Below, piece after piece: positions 38,531 through 53,418 of a DNA stretch of 64,000 nt. The notes under the pieces were generated by a model. The model saw only the letters and a program-made list of their open reading frames with translations. It made no database searches and was not told the DNA's origin. The stretch is taken from the NCBI RefSeq assembly GCF_009914755.1, contig NC_060936.1; one strand, given 5' to 3'. Made by a program: the position numbers and the translations under genes. The stretch comes from the human T2T-CHM13v2.0 reference genome, Homo sapiens. How positions within the stretch are numbered: position 1 is the stretch's first letter; each line of letters starts with the position of its first letter.

Positions 38531-38788
38531 TTGTGGACATGTGGGTTTCAGGCAGTCCCATCACTCATAGCCCATAGAATGGTCTTTTTATCTCGATGGC
38601 TTACATACGTATCTTCAGAGAACTGAGTTCAGATTCATTCATTGCCATTGCTTCTCTCCTTACTGCCTGTTTTATCTGAAGCTTAACCCTGTGTTATAAT
38701 TTTAGAAACAATGAGATAGTTGGCAGGCTAATGGCTTCATTTTAAGTAGTATCTGATGTGAAGTTTACAACTGAAGCCAATTGGAGTT
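38531..38788 (+). repeat. Composite local duplicate of 40311-40500 plus 43846-43913
   Basis: Manual alignment; about 22 differences in 190 nt for the first part. Confidence 0.9.
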
Positions 38789-38954
38789 CTTTCTTAAGAC
38801 GGCTCCTTAAAAATTTCATTATGTTAGACCTGTCTTCAGTGGGTTACATTACCAGACTCTTGATGAGAGAAATCTATTTGCTGGTGAATAAAATTGTGGC
38901 AGCTCTTATTTATGTGTCTTAATGTGGCTAAGGTAAATGTTTTAAAAATACTTA

Positions 38955-39250
38955 CTTTGGAAACAGTTTGATAGTTCCTCAAAAAGTTAAACTTAGAATT
39001 ACTATATGACCCAGCAATCCTACTCCAAGGTATATATCCAAGAAAATGGAAAACATTATGTACACAGGAAAACTTGTCCATGAATGTTTGGCTATTATTT
39101 ATAACAGCCAAAGAGGGGAAACAGCCTAAATGGCCATCAACAGATAAAAGAATAAACAAAATGTGTTACATTCATATAAAGGAATATTATTCAGCTGTAA
39201 AAAGAAATGAAGAACTGATATATGCTACAACATGTATGAATTTTGAATAT
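38955..39250 (+). mobile_element. L1M 3' fragment
   Basis: TATGACCCAGCAATCCTACTCCAAGGTATATATCCAAGA...GGAATATTATTCAGC. Confidence 0.85.
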
Positions 39251-39260
39251 TTGATAGGTG

Positions 39261-39997
<737 letters not shown>

Positions 39998-40168
39998 TTA
40001 AATGGCTCTGCCTTGTGAACAGATGGGCCCCACACAAACTCATTTTTATTATTCCAGGTTGAATGCTGGCTTTTTGAGCAGGGGAGGGGGTTCAATTTCC
40101 CTTGGCCTGTTGGATGAACAGAGAACGACACAGACCTAACTGGGAACCTAACGTGCTTTCTCTTTCAG

Positions 40169-40293
40169 AGGGTAAATATATATGTCATGCTCACTGCCGA
40201 GACCTGGTACATCTGGATTATCCACAAAATGGGAACGTATCAAGCTGCATGCCGACTTCTGAAGTAAGATATTCAATCAAAAAGAACAGTCAG
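40169..40293 (+). CDS. RASSF3: RASSF3 upstream exon encoding a degenerate second half of a C1 zinc finger ((E)GKYICHAHCRDLVHLDYPQNGNVSSCMPTSEVRYSIKKNSQ)
   Basis: CCTAAC branch points (40135, 40147), pyrimidine tract and AG acceptor (40167-68), donor CAG|GTAGGC (40294), 125 nt open. Peptide aligns with RASSF1A CKFTCHYRCRALVCLDC and RASSF5 CKFTCHPECRSLIQLDC. Confidence 0.75.
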
Positions 40294-40681
40294 GTAGGCA
40301 CTATTGGTGCTTGTGGACATCGTGCGTTTCGGTCACTCCCATCACTCATACCCCATAGAATGGTCTTTTTATCTCCATGGCTTACGTATGTATCTTCAGA
40401 GGATCGAGCTCAGGTTCATTCATTGCCATTGCTTCTCTCCTTGCCGCCTGTTGCATCTGAAGCTTAATCTTGGGTTATAATTTTAGAAACAATAAGATAG
40501 AGTATATCAGTAGTTTTATCCAACAGATTTGTCATAAGATATGAGGCTTTCATCTGCTTGATTACTTGCCACATTCAGGATGCAATCTTGTTAACAGACA
40601 TACTTCCTGCTGCGGAAAATAGGACATGAACTGTAAATGTGTGTTGACTTTTTTTTTAATCCGATGAAGAGCCTCAGCGTG

Positions 40682-40935
40682 AGTCTGAGACCAACCTGGG
40701 CAACATGGTGAGACCCGCATCTCTACAAAAAATAAAAATAAAAATAAAAATAAATTAGCTGGGTGTGGTGGCATGTGCCTGTGGTCCCAGCTACTCACCC
40801 AGCCACTCAAGAGGCTGAGGCAGGAGGATCACATAAGCCCCAGAGGTGGAGGTTGCATTAAGCTGAGATTCTGCCACTGTACTCCATCCAGCCTAAGTGA
40901 CAGAGTAAGATCCCACCTCAAAAAAACAAAACAAA
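40682..40935 (+). mobile_element. 5'-truncated AluJ
   Basis: Partial dimer with tail. Confidence 0.85.
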
Positions 40936-41584
40936 AGAACCTGAGCATGAACACTGTGCTGGGGAAATCTGTCAGGTTTTACTGGTTAAAGCAAAGATCT
41001 TCAACTGGTAGAACTAGTAGATCCTCAACCTGGTTTCAGCCAGCACATCCATTCTCACTCTATTCTCCTGGTTTGCTGAGAGACCAGAAGGGAAGGGGTA
41101 CAGCTGGCAGTGATGCCTGCTCCTCTGCAGACTCAACTATAGCATCCCCTCTCCTGACACATCAAGGTTCTTCTTAAAAGATAGGCTATTTTTTCGGCCA
41201 AGCACAGTGACTCATGCCTGTAATCCCAACACTTTGGGAGGCCGAGGTGGGTGGATTGCTTAAGGCCAGGAATTCAAGACCAGCCTGAGCAACATGGCAA
41301 AACCTCATCTCTACAAAAACTACAAAAATTAATAGGGCATGGTGGTGAGAGGTGACAGCATGCTGGCAGCCCTCGCTCGCTCTTGGCGCCTCCTCGGCCT
41401 CGGTGCCCACTCTGGCCCCACTTGAAGAGCCCTTCAGCCCGCCGCTGCACTGTGGGAGCCCCTTCCTGGGATGGCCGAGGCCGGAGGCGGCTCCCTCAGT
41501 CTGCAGGGAGGTGTGGAGGGAGAGGCACGGGCGGGAACCGGGGCTGCGCGCCAGCTAGATAGAGTTCCGGGTGGGCGTGGGCTT

Positions 41585-41958
41585 GGCGGGCCCCCGCACT
41601 TGGAGTGGCGGGCCCCCGCACTTGGAGTGGCGGGCCCCCGCACTTGGAGTGGCGGGCCCCCGCACTTGGAGTGGCGGGCCCCCGCACTTGGAGTGGCGGG
41701 CCCCCGCACTTGGAGTGGCGGGCCCCCGCACTTGGAGTGGCGGGCCCCCGCACTTGGAGTGGCGGGCCCCCGCACTTGGAGTGGCGGGCCCCCGCACTTG
41801 GAGTGGCGGGCCCCCGCACTTGGAGTGGCGGGCCCCCGCACTTGGAGTGGCGGGCCCCCGCACTTGGAGTGGCGGGCCCCCGCACTTGGAGTGGCGGGCC
41901 CCCGCACTTGGAGTGGCGGGCCCCCGCACTTGGAGTGGCGGGCCCCCGCACTTGGAGT
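41585..41958. repeat. Perfect tandem repeat, 17 x 22 bp (GGCGGGCCCCCGCACTTGGAGT)
   Basis: 374 bp = 17 identical units. Confidence 0.97.
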
Positions 41959-42140
41959 GGCCGGCCGGCGCCGCCCGCCCGGGCAGTGAGGGGCTTAGCA
42001 CCCGGGCTAGCAGCTGCGGAGGGTGCTTTGGGTCCCACAGCAGTGCCGGCCCACCAGCGCTGCGCTCGATTTCTCGCCGGGCCTTAGCTGCCTCCCCACG
42101 GGGCAGGGCTCGGGACCTGCAGCCAGCCATGCCTGAGTTT

Positions 42141-42360
42141 CCCGCCCCGCTCCCCGCCCGCCCGCCCCCCCGCTCCCCGCCTGCCCGCCCCCCCGCTCCC
42201 CGCCTGCCCCCCCGCTGCCCGCCTGCCCCCCCGCTGCCCGCCCCCCGCTCCCCACCCGCCCGCCCACCCCCCACTCCCCCACTCCCCCACACCCTCCCCC
42301 CGCCGCCCCCCGCTCTCCCCCGCCCCCCTCCCGCCCCCCCTCCCCTCCCGCCCCCCGCCG
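42141..42360. repeat. Expanded C-rich low-complexity tract (G4-forming on the - strand)
   Basis: About 220 nt of CCCG/CCCC runs inside LTR12C. Confidence 0.9.
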
Positions 42361-42584
42361 TGGGCTCCTGCACGGCCCGAGCCTCCCCGACAAGCCCCAC
42401 CCCCTGTTCCATGGCACCCGGTCCCATCCACTGCCCAAGGGCTGAGGAGTGCGGGCGCACGGCGCGGGACTGGCAGGTGGCTCCGCCTGCGCCCCTAGTG
42501 CGCGATCCACTGGGTGAAGCCTGCTGGGCTCCTGAGTCTAGTGAGGACTTGGAGAACCTTTATGTTTAGCTAAGGGATTGTGAA

Positions 42585-42937
42585 TACACTAATTGGCTCT
42601 CAGTATCTAGCTCAAGGTTTGTAAATGCACCAATCAGCACTCTGGGTCTAGCTCAGGCTTTGTAAATACACCAATCAGCACTCTGTACCTAGCTAATCTA
42701 GTGGGGACATGGAGAACTTTTGTGTCTATCTCAGGGATTGTAAATGCACCAATCAGCAGCCTCTCAAAACGGACCAATCAGCTCTCTGTAAAACAGACCA
42801 ATTGGCTCTCTGTAAAATGGACCAATCAGCAGGATGTGGGTGGGGCCAGATAAGAGAATAAAGCAGGCTGCCAGAGCACGCCTTGGCACCTCGGTGGGGG
42901 TCCCGTTCCGCACAGTTCTTTAGGTGTTTGCAATAAA
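42585..42937 (+). promoter_or_regulatory. LTR12 promoter: CCAAT array, GATAAG (42849), AATAAA TATA-like box (42857), LTR poly(A) signal (42932)
   Basis: Repeated ACCAATCAG motifs; standard ERV9 LTR U3-R layout. Confidence 0.75.
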
Positions 42938-44460
42938 TCCTGGTACTGCTCACTCTTTGGGTCACACTGCGTTTATGAGCTGTAACGCCCACCGTGAAAC
43001 ACTCATCGCGAAGGTCTGCAGCTTCACTCGTGAAGCCATCGAGACCACGAACCCACCGGGAGGAATGAACAACTCCAGACGCACTGCCTTAAGAGCTCTC
43101 ACACTCACTTCGAAGGTCTGCAGCTTCAGTACTGTGCTAGCGAGACCACGAACCAACCAGAAGGAACAAACTTCTAACACATCAGAAGGAACAAACTCCA
43201 GACATGCTGCTTTCAAGAACTGTAATACTCACCGGGAGGGTCCGCGGGTTCATTCTTGAAGTCCCTGAGACCAAGAACCCACCAATTCCAGACACAGTGG
43301 TGCACGCCTGTGGTCCCAACTACCTGGGAGGCTGAGGTGGGAGGATCACTTGAGCTGGCAAGGTTAAGGCTGCAGTGAGCTGGGACCCGCACCACTGCCC
43401 TTAAGCCTGGGCAACAGAGTGAGACCCTGTCTCAAAAAAAAAAAGGCTATTTTTTCAACGGTTTGGGGGCACTTGCATTAAATTATCTGAGTGTCTTGTC
43501 AGTTTCTGGGAGCTCACAGGCATGTCTGGATAGAATTACTGAAACTAGGCAGCAATATTTATCCTTCCTGCATATGGTAATGAAACTAATTTTCAGTTTA
43601 GGCCAAGAGGCTGATTCTTCACTGCCCTCTGACCAATGCTGAGTACAAAAGACCAAATACATGAGTTTGCCACTTGTTTTTCCCTAACAAAGTTAACTCT
43701 TGATCAGAACAGTAATAGCTGTTTAGAAGAGTGTGTTCAGCGTGTGTGGTTTACATATGCTAAATTCCCATTCAACTCAATTACACTTGGCAGGGACACA
43801 GAAAGCTAATGGGGAATCTGTAAAGGGCATGAACAATAGCTTTTCTGGCAGATTGATGGCTTCGTTTTATGTAGTATCTGATGTGAAGTTTACAACTGGA
43901 GCCGATTGGAGTTTGTGCAAAGTTGTACTAGCCTTTAAATTAAGAAAATGCCTTCATGTCAGGAAAAAAAGCTTGGATTGGGGATGCAGCTTGTAATTTA
44001 ATAGGATGACTTGGGAGACAGCAGCGAGGATAATAGAGGTATTATGAGCAGCTCTAGGGAGAATGAATATATGCTTGTTTGGCTTGGAAAAAAATGTGGA
44101 GTTCAAGTGTAAGGTTTAAACAAATGCTTTGCAAAGTTTCTCAAAAGGTACCTGAACTACTGATACTTGAGTAACTCGCATTGTTTTCTTGTATTGATTT
44201 TGAAAAAGTAATACTGAGCTCTCTGATGTGGCTCTAAAAATTTTAGAAAATGATGAAGTATTTTGATATTTAATTTATTTTAGTTCAATTCTTATAAAAT
44301 TACAGAATTTAAGATTCAGAAATTGATGTCTTAGAGAGTGCCAGATTTGATTTGATAGACGGGTTTATAAAGATCAAGTGAAAGGCGGCTTCCCAATGGG
44401 TTGAGCATAAAATTATTCTAGATTAGGGTGAGAATCCCCTCATTTAAGAAAGCTCCTCTT

Positions 44461-45002
<542 letters not shown>

Positions 45003-45070
45003 TCATAAGGCATCATAAGTATTAGATTATTTCCCAAATACTTTTGCATACCCAAAGTGTGGTGCTGTAA

Positions 45071-45383
<313 letters not shown>

Positions 45384-45805
45384 AATACATTGTTTTAATA
45401 GTCTATCAAATCAGTCTACTCTTGTGAATTGATTTGATACTGCACTTAACTTTTTTTCTTATTGGCTTTAAAGGTGATGAATGATAAATGCAATGGTTCT
45501 CAAGTCATTAACAGAATTCTAAATCTTGTCAATATCTCAAGACCCAGGATTTTAGCCTTTTGGATATGTGTGTCAGCTGATTATGTAGGAGATCTCTCAA
45601 CCCAATTATAATCCCCAGTGTTGTTGGCTTCAAGCACTGATAGAGCGATAAACTTCAGAAAGGTTTCAATTTGGTCCTTGAAAAGAACTATTTAAGCAGA
45701 AACTCCTAGAAGCTATAGAATTTGGCCAAGAACCACAAAAACCATTCCCTCATTCTTATTTTGCTCCCACTTTTTGATATGGAGAGGACATTGAAAGATT
45801 GTTGG

Positions 45806-46477
<672 letters not shown>

Positions 46478-46981
46478 TCAGCTTTAGAGTTTGATGAAAG
46501 CTGGTATTCAGTTTCTAAATTCAATACCATGAAGAAGATGAAACTCAACTTTGATCGATTTTTCAAATCAAATTCTTCCCCCCCACAACCTTGATTCAGG
46601 ATCAAATTCCTGTTGTATTGCATATATTTTTGTGATTATAAAAACAATGCATGATTATTAAAGAAACTGTGGAAAATGTAAAAAGGTTAAGAAAAACGTT
46701 AAAATTGCCTATAATCCCACCACCCAGAGAGATATAATTGCCCTTAGTATTTTAGTGTCCTTCATTCCTCTCTTTTTTCAGTGTCCATTGTCTATATGTA
46801 TTTCTTCGTAAAACTGGAAATCAGTATTTGGATAGATACAGACATAGATATGTTTTCACCCTTCCTTACAATGTGACCATGTTTCCTGCCGCTCTATATT
46901 CTCTGAAAAAGTGAGCTCTAAGGTGTAATATTTATGAATCTTTCATATTGATTTAACAATTCTACTTCATATCTTTTTAAA

Positions 46982-47301
46982 TTTTTTATTGTATTTTATT
47001 TATTTATTTTGAGACAGGGTCTCACTCTGTCGCCCAGGCTGGAGTGCAGTGGCGCAATCACAGCTCACTGCAGTCTTGATCTCCTGGGCTCAAGGGATCC
47101 TCAGCCTCCCAAGTAGCTGGGACCATGGGCAGGCACCATCATGCCCAGCTAGTTTTTTTATTTTTATTTATTTATTTTTTTTGTAGAGAAGAGGTCTCAC
47201 CATCTTGGTCAGGCTGGTCTCGAACTCCTGGGCTCAAGCTATCCTCCTGCCTTGGCCTCCCAAAGTGCCAGGATTATAGGCATGAGCCACAGCACCTGGC
47301 C
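46982..47301 (-). mobile_element. AluJ
   Basis: Reverse dimeric Alu. Confidence 0.9.
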
Positions 47302-48042
47302 AACAATTTTACTTCTTTTGGTGCATTTCTTACTGTTGAACATGAAGCTGCAACAATATCTTTGTATGAAAATCTTTTCCTACATTTCTTCTTGTTTCCT
47401 TAATACAGATTCTGAAGGAGGATTTATCGGTCAAGAGTTTTAATAGCCCTTAATACATACTGCCAACTTCTTTAATAGGAACTTCATACTAGTTTATACC
47501 CTTTCCAGCAGTTCACAAACAAACTTAGCTCACTATAAATTCATCCATAGTCTCCTGAGTAATGTATTCCACCTAAAATCTTTAAATTTTAAATCCATTT
47601 TAAAATTCAATTTTAAAGGGCTTAGTGCTTTAAGATTTGGTGGGCAGGGTGAGGGAATGATCCAGTGGTTTGATCTGTTCCAATTTTCAAATTGTCATTA
47701 GTGAAGTTAAGACTCAGAGGTTAGTAATTTTTGTAAGCCCTTGATCTGGTCTTTCTCAGAGGATGTGGACTTCACAATCAATTGTCTTCAAGGCCCTGAG
47801 AGTGGATCCTTTCCCAAGTGGGAAAGGAAAGGGAAGGTCTGAGTGAACTCCCAGAAAAGTGGGGTACGATAGCCCAACAACACTTGAATTTCTAATTGGG
47901 GTAAGGTGGGGACATAAGGGTGAAGGTGTTAGAAGAGATACTGGAAATAAGGAAAACAGTCCTAGTTATTAAAATCCCTGAGGGGTTTGACTAAATGTGG
48001 AGAGACAGACTGTTCTTCTGCCAGTTGTAGATCCTACAGAAG

Positions 48043-48150
48043 ACCGGGTGCAGTGGTTCTGGCCTATAATCCCAACACTTTGGGGGGATCACTTGAGCCC
48101 AGAAATTTGAGAACTGCCTGGACAACATAGTGAGACCCTATCTCTAAAAA
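48043..48150 (+). mobile_element. FLAM
   Basis: Alu monomer. Confidence 0.8.
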
Positions 48151-48482
48151 GAATTTTTAAATGTTGAAAGCTAATCAGAGGCCACAAAGTCATTCTTAAA
48201 GTCATTGTGCACTTTGCTTCCTTTGTTGTATGTTTGTTTCCTTTGTAACTGATTTACTACTTTACACACTCAGATTTTTAATTATAGCAGCAATTACTAG
48301 ATTCAATGACATAAAGTTACCATTTCTGTCAGTAAAGATTCAATACCAGCTAATTTCACACAGTTCAATTTCACACCTGGGGAATTAATTATTCTTAATC
48401 ATTAGGAGTCAATGGTAAAACTTTCTGATGAAAGCACCTGTAGCAAGGCCTCTACCAAGCTCCCCTCCTGTGGGGGGTGTTG

Positions 48483-48591
48483 ACATGGCGGCCAGCAGCC
48501 AGCACAGCCTCTCTCTCCTGAGCCCCATAAGCGGAGGTAGGGATACAGTAGTTGGTGTGTTTGTGACAGCAAAGCCACCAGAGGGAGCTCT
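48483..48591 (+). promoter_or_regulatory. CTCF motif (GCCACCAGAGGGAGCTC, 48574-48590) and YY1-like motif (ACATGGCGGC, 48483-48492)
   Basis: Near-consensus motifs in unique GC-elevated sequence. Confidence 0.6.
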
Positions 48592-49074
48592 AGCATTGAC
48601 TCCTATATGTTTGTCTGTGTGCCACGGATTCAAAGAAAAACAATAAATGTCTAATGATTGCTTGTGTTTTTGAGCACTCCTTGCACAGTCCTAAGGTTTA
48701 GACACAATCATATCAATATCATTTCATTGTTAACATGAATTAAGCTTCTTTGTGTCTGTCAGATATTCTTTCATGCTTACCACAAGTCTATCAAGATATT
48801 ATTATTCTCACTTTGATTGATGAGGGAGGTGATTAAGTTTTACAGAAATTAAGTGATTTTACAAAAGAAGAAATAACACAGAGATTTTATCTATAGTCTC
48901 AGCGCCCCCCACCCCCTTCCCACCTCCATTAAAGTTCTCCTTCCTGCCCTCTCTTTTCTCTTTTCCTACTGGGAATCTAAAGGAGATAAATCTTGCTTTA
49001 AAACTAAGGAAACAAAGAAGAATGCGTTTTATTTTGTGTAAATTATTCTTCAATATATTTAACATGTAAGGGGA

Positions 49075-49193
49075 AAACAAGAAAGGGAAAGGAAACGAGA
49101 GGGGGAAAGAAAGGGAGAAGAGAGAAGAGGGGAGAGGAGGAGAGGAGAGGAGAAAGAAAAGGAGAAGAGAAGAGAAAGAAAAGAAAAGAGAAA
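49075..49193. repeat. Polypurine GA-rich tract
   Basis: About 120 nt of almost pure purines. Confidence 0.85.
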
Positions 49194-49194
49194 T

Positions 49195-49689
<495 letters not shown>

Positions 49690-50096
49690 TCATGTCCATA
49701 AAGCCCGAAAATGTTCCAATCCTGCCGGCTCACTGCTAAGGGAATACTTCAACCCACAGCACCCCACCTCCACCCACACATTCCTTAGGCTACTGTTTCT
49801 ATGACTCCTTTTCCCTCCTCAAGCTTGCCCGAGATGGCTGTTTGATCTTGGTTTCACCCTTATTCAAATTCAGAAGTAGGGGCAGAGACCAGAGGAAGAT
49901 GTTAGGAATATCCATAACCCCCAAAGATGGCCACTAGACTTACTTCTACAGCACTTTACAGTACCAGACATGTACAAAGTACCTATGCACAGATTAAGAG
50001 CAAGGACGGTCAAGGTATACAGCCGCATATTTGCTGAATGGACTTAGTTAAGTCACTTAATCTCATCCATAAAATGTATGTAATAGGCGGGCACTA

Positions 50097-50430
<334 letters not shown>

Positions 50431-51109
50431 TTAGCATTGCTGTGGAGATTTAATTAGGCAATGCATAGAAAAGTACTTAGCCTGGTGTTTGGTGGGAAAC
50501 TTCAATTAATGTTAACTAATATTATTGTTTTCTTTAATACTCACAACAATCGTATTTGTCCATTTAGCCTAGAACTTGGCATAGACACATGGTTTGTAAG
50601 CGTGTTTGTGGTTAACAGCAGTCTTCAATTAAAGAGAGGCGAACCAACTTGCCAAAGGTCCACAGCTAGTTTTACAACTACGAAATGTTTTCCAAAATAT
50701 TTTCAGTTTTTCTGTGAGACTGAGAGATATTATCTTCAAATAGATTACGAGATGTGCACAGCAACGTCCACCCGCCTTACACAAGAGCAAACAGCTTTCC
50801 AAAAGCCATCAGAAAACCCCTGGGGTTTGTTGGTCCAAGAACAGAAACAATGCAGTCACACCCAGACCCTAAATTTAGGGGGGCCTTAGAGTTAGTTTTA
50901 TTTAAATATTGTAATGTGACTCTGAGCAAGCAACATTTTCTCTGTGCTTTGTTTTTTAAAGGACATGGGAAAATTTACTTTGGGGAGCCAGGGCGCTTGG
51001 CTAGAAAGGGAAGGAGGAAAGAGAGAAAGGAAAGGGTAGAGGGAAAGCTGAGACCTGAGACCCAGGAGAACTCGGGCAAGAGATTTGAACCCTGGGTTCC
51101 ACTGCCCTT

Positions 51110-51615
51110 ATTTTCTTTTTTTAATTTTATTTTTAGTTCTGGGGTACATATGCAGGATATGCAGGTACATGTGCAGGATAAATTTAATTTTTATTTTTAG
51201 TTCTGGGGTACATGTGCAGGATGTGCAGATTTGTTACATAGGTAGATGTGTGCCATGGCAGTTTGCTGCACCTATCAACCCATCACCTAGGTATTAAGCC
51301 CAACATCCACTAACTATTTTTCCTAAGGCTCTCCCTCCCGCTACCCCACCTCCTGACAGGCCCCAGTGTGTGTTGTTCCCCTCCCTGTGTCCATGTGTTC
51401 TCATTGTTCAGCTCCCACTTATAAGTGAGAACATGTGGTGTTTGGTTTTCTGTTCCCGAGTTAGTTTGCTGAGAAAAATGACTTCCAGCTCCATCCATGT
51501 CCCTGCAAAGGACATGATCTCGTTCCTTTATATGGCTGCATAGTATTCCATAGTGTATATGTACCACATTTCCTTTATCCAGTCTATCATTGGTGGGCAT
51601 TTGGGTTGATTCTAT
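51110..51615 (-). mobile_element. L1PA 3' end with short terminal duplication
   Basis: GGGTACATGTGCAGG...CCCACTTATAAGTGAGAACATG; TTTTAGTTCTGGGGTACAT occurs twice. Confidence 0.92.
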
Positions 51616-51619
51616 CCTT

Positions 51620-51896
51620 ATTTTCTTTTTCTTTCTTTCTTTTTTTTGAGATGGAGTTTCGCTCTTGTCACCCAGGCTGGAGTGCAATGGCGCAATCTCT
51701 GCTCACCGGCCTCCGTCCTTATTTTCAAAAATAGCAACTTGGGGCCGGGCTCGGTGGCTCACACCTATAATCCCAGTACTTTGGGAGGCCAAGGCGGGTG
51801 GATCACGAGGTCAGGAGATCGAGACCAGCCTGGCCGACATGGCAAAACCCCATCTCCACTAAAAATACAAAAATTAGCCGGGTGTGGTGCCACACA
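51620..51896. mobile_element. Alu fragments (51620-51706 -, 51743-51896 +)
   Basis: Partial Alus in opposite orientation. Confidence 0.85.
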
Positions 51897-52507
51897 CCAA
51901 AGGCCTGTGAGTCTATAAACGTTTTCTGTCTGCCCTCATCCTGCAGCACTTTCCACACAATCTCTTTTTGATATCACATGATATTTTATATGCTCAGTAC
52001 CAACTTTAGAGGTCTGCAAGTTGTTAGCTTTTCCTTTTCGGTAACTTTGTTAATATCATTATTAGAAGTCCAGTTCAATAATTACACTAGGTTCAGTTTA
52101 AATAGGAAGCAAACAGCTATATGTCTAAGTGCAGAACTGCTGACAAGTGAGGGTGGACCGGGGGGTTAAATATTCCTGACATTGGGCCAGGGAGAGTTGA
52201 AAGTTTGCCAATTGTGGTACTGGTAAACTACTGCAAAGAAATTTGGAAGAGTTATTAAGAATTACAAGAAGATAGATGCTTCAGGATAATATGTCATTTG
52301 CAAAGAGAAGTATGCCATTTGGGGTCAAAAAACATCTGATGCACTGTCCAGGTCACAGAAATCACCAAATCTCAGAAGGAGACGAGACCTTGGATGTCAG
52401 GCAACCTGACTTCCTTTCCAATCAGGCTTATAATCCAACAGGTGACCATCCAGCCTCTACGTAAGCATTTCTCCAGAAGGGAAGTTTCTTAATTTAAGAA
52501 GTTGTCT

Positions 52508-52822
52508 GGACTGAGTGCAGTGGCTCACACCTGTAATCCCAGCACTTTGGGAGGTGGAGGTGGGTGAATCACTTGAGCCCAGGAGTTCAAGACCAACCTG
52601 GCCAACATGGCAAAAACCTGTCTCTACAAGAAATACAAAAATTAGCCAGGCATGGTGGCATGTACTTGTAATCTTAGCAACTCGAGAGGCTGAGGTGGGA
52701 GGATTCCCTGAGCCTGGGAGGCCAAGGCTGAAGTGAGCTGTGATTACGCTACTGCATTCCAGCCTGGGTGACAGAGTGAGATCCTGTCTCAAAAAAAAAA
52801 AAAAAAAGAAAGAAAAAAAAAA
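52508..52822 (+). mobile_element. AluJb-like
   Basis: Dimeric Alu. Confidence 0.92.
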
Positions 52823-53116
52823 GTTGTCTGGGGCATGGTTAGGACTATGCACTTTTGGATTAAGAATGCATTTGTCTCCCTGTAGTTTTAGCCCATTGGC
52901 CCAGTTTCTGATTTGAAGAACACAACAGAACACATTCTTCTCTTTTCAGACCTATGACTATCTTTCTCTTCTCTGGGTCACTGTCCCTCATAAAATGTGA
53001 CGAAAGCAAAGGTTCAGGGTCAATGCTGTCAAAATTCAGATGAGCACTGGGCTTAGCAAATGGAGGGATTAATCCTGACAAGAGCAAATTCAGTAGATTG
53101 AAATGTGTGTGTGGTT

Positions 53117-53418
<302 letters not shown>

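Larger units (their letters stand above)
41346..43296 (+). mobile_element. Solo LTR12C (ERV9/HERV9 LTR)
   Basis: Starts TGAGAGGTGACAGC, ends CCAAGAACCCACCAATTCCAGACACA; 4-bp TSD GTGG (41342-45, 43297-300); CCAAT repeats. Confidence 0.95.
41196..43444 (+). mobile_element. AluJ split by LTR12C (41196-41345 and 43297-43444)
   Basis: The Alu sequence resumes exactly after the LTR. Confidence 0.9.

Noticed and set aside
38531-38788. Composite duplicate as a retro-copied spliced RNA
   Set aside because: The skipped interval has no GT-AG ends on either strand; no poly(A) tail or TSD.
41585-41958. Possible CRISPR-like array
   Set aside because: Units are contiguous with no spacers, there are no cas genes, and the DNA is primate.
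41434-42569. Long ORFs (157-332 aa) in several frames on both strands
   Set aside because: Produced by the stop-free 22-bp repeat and the C-rich tract of LTR12C; no protein family signal.
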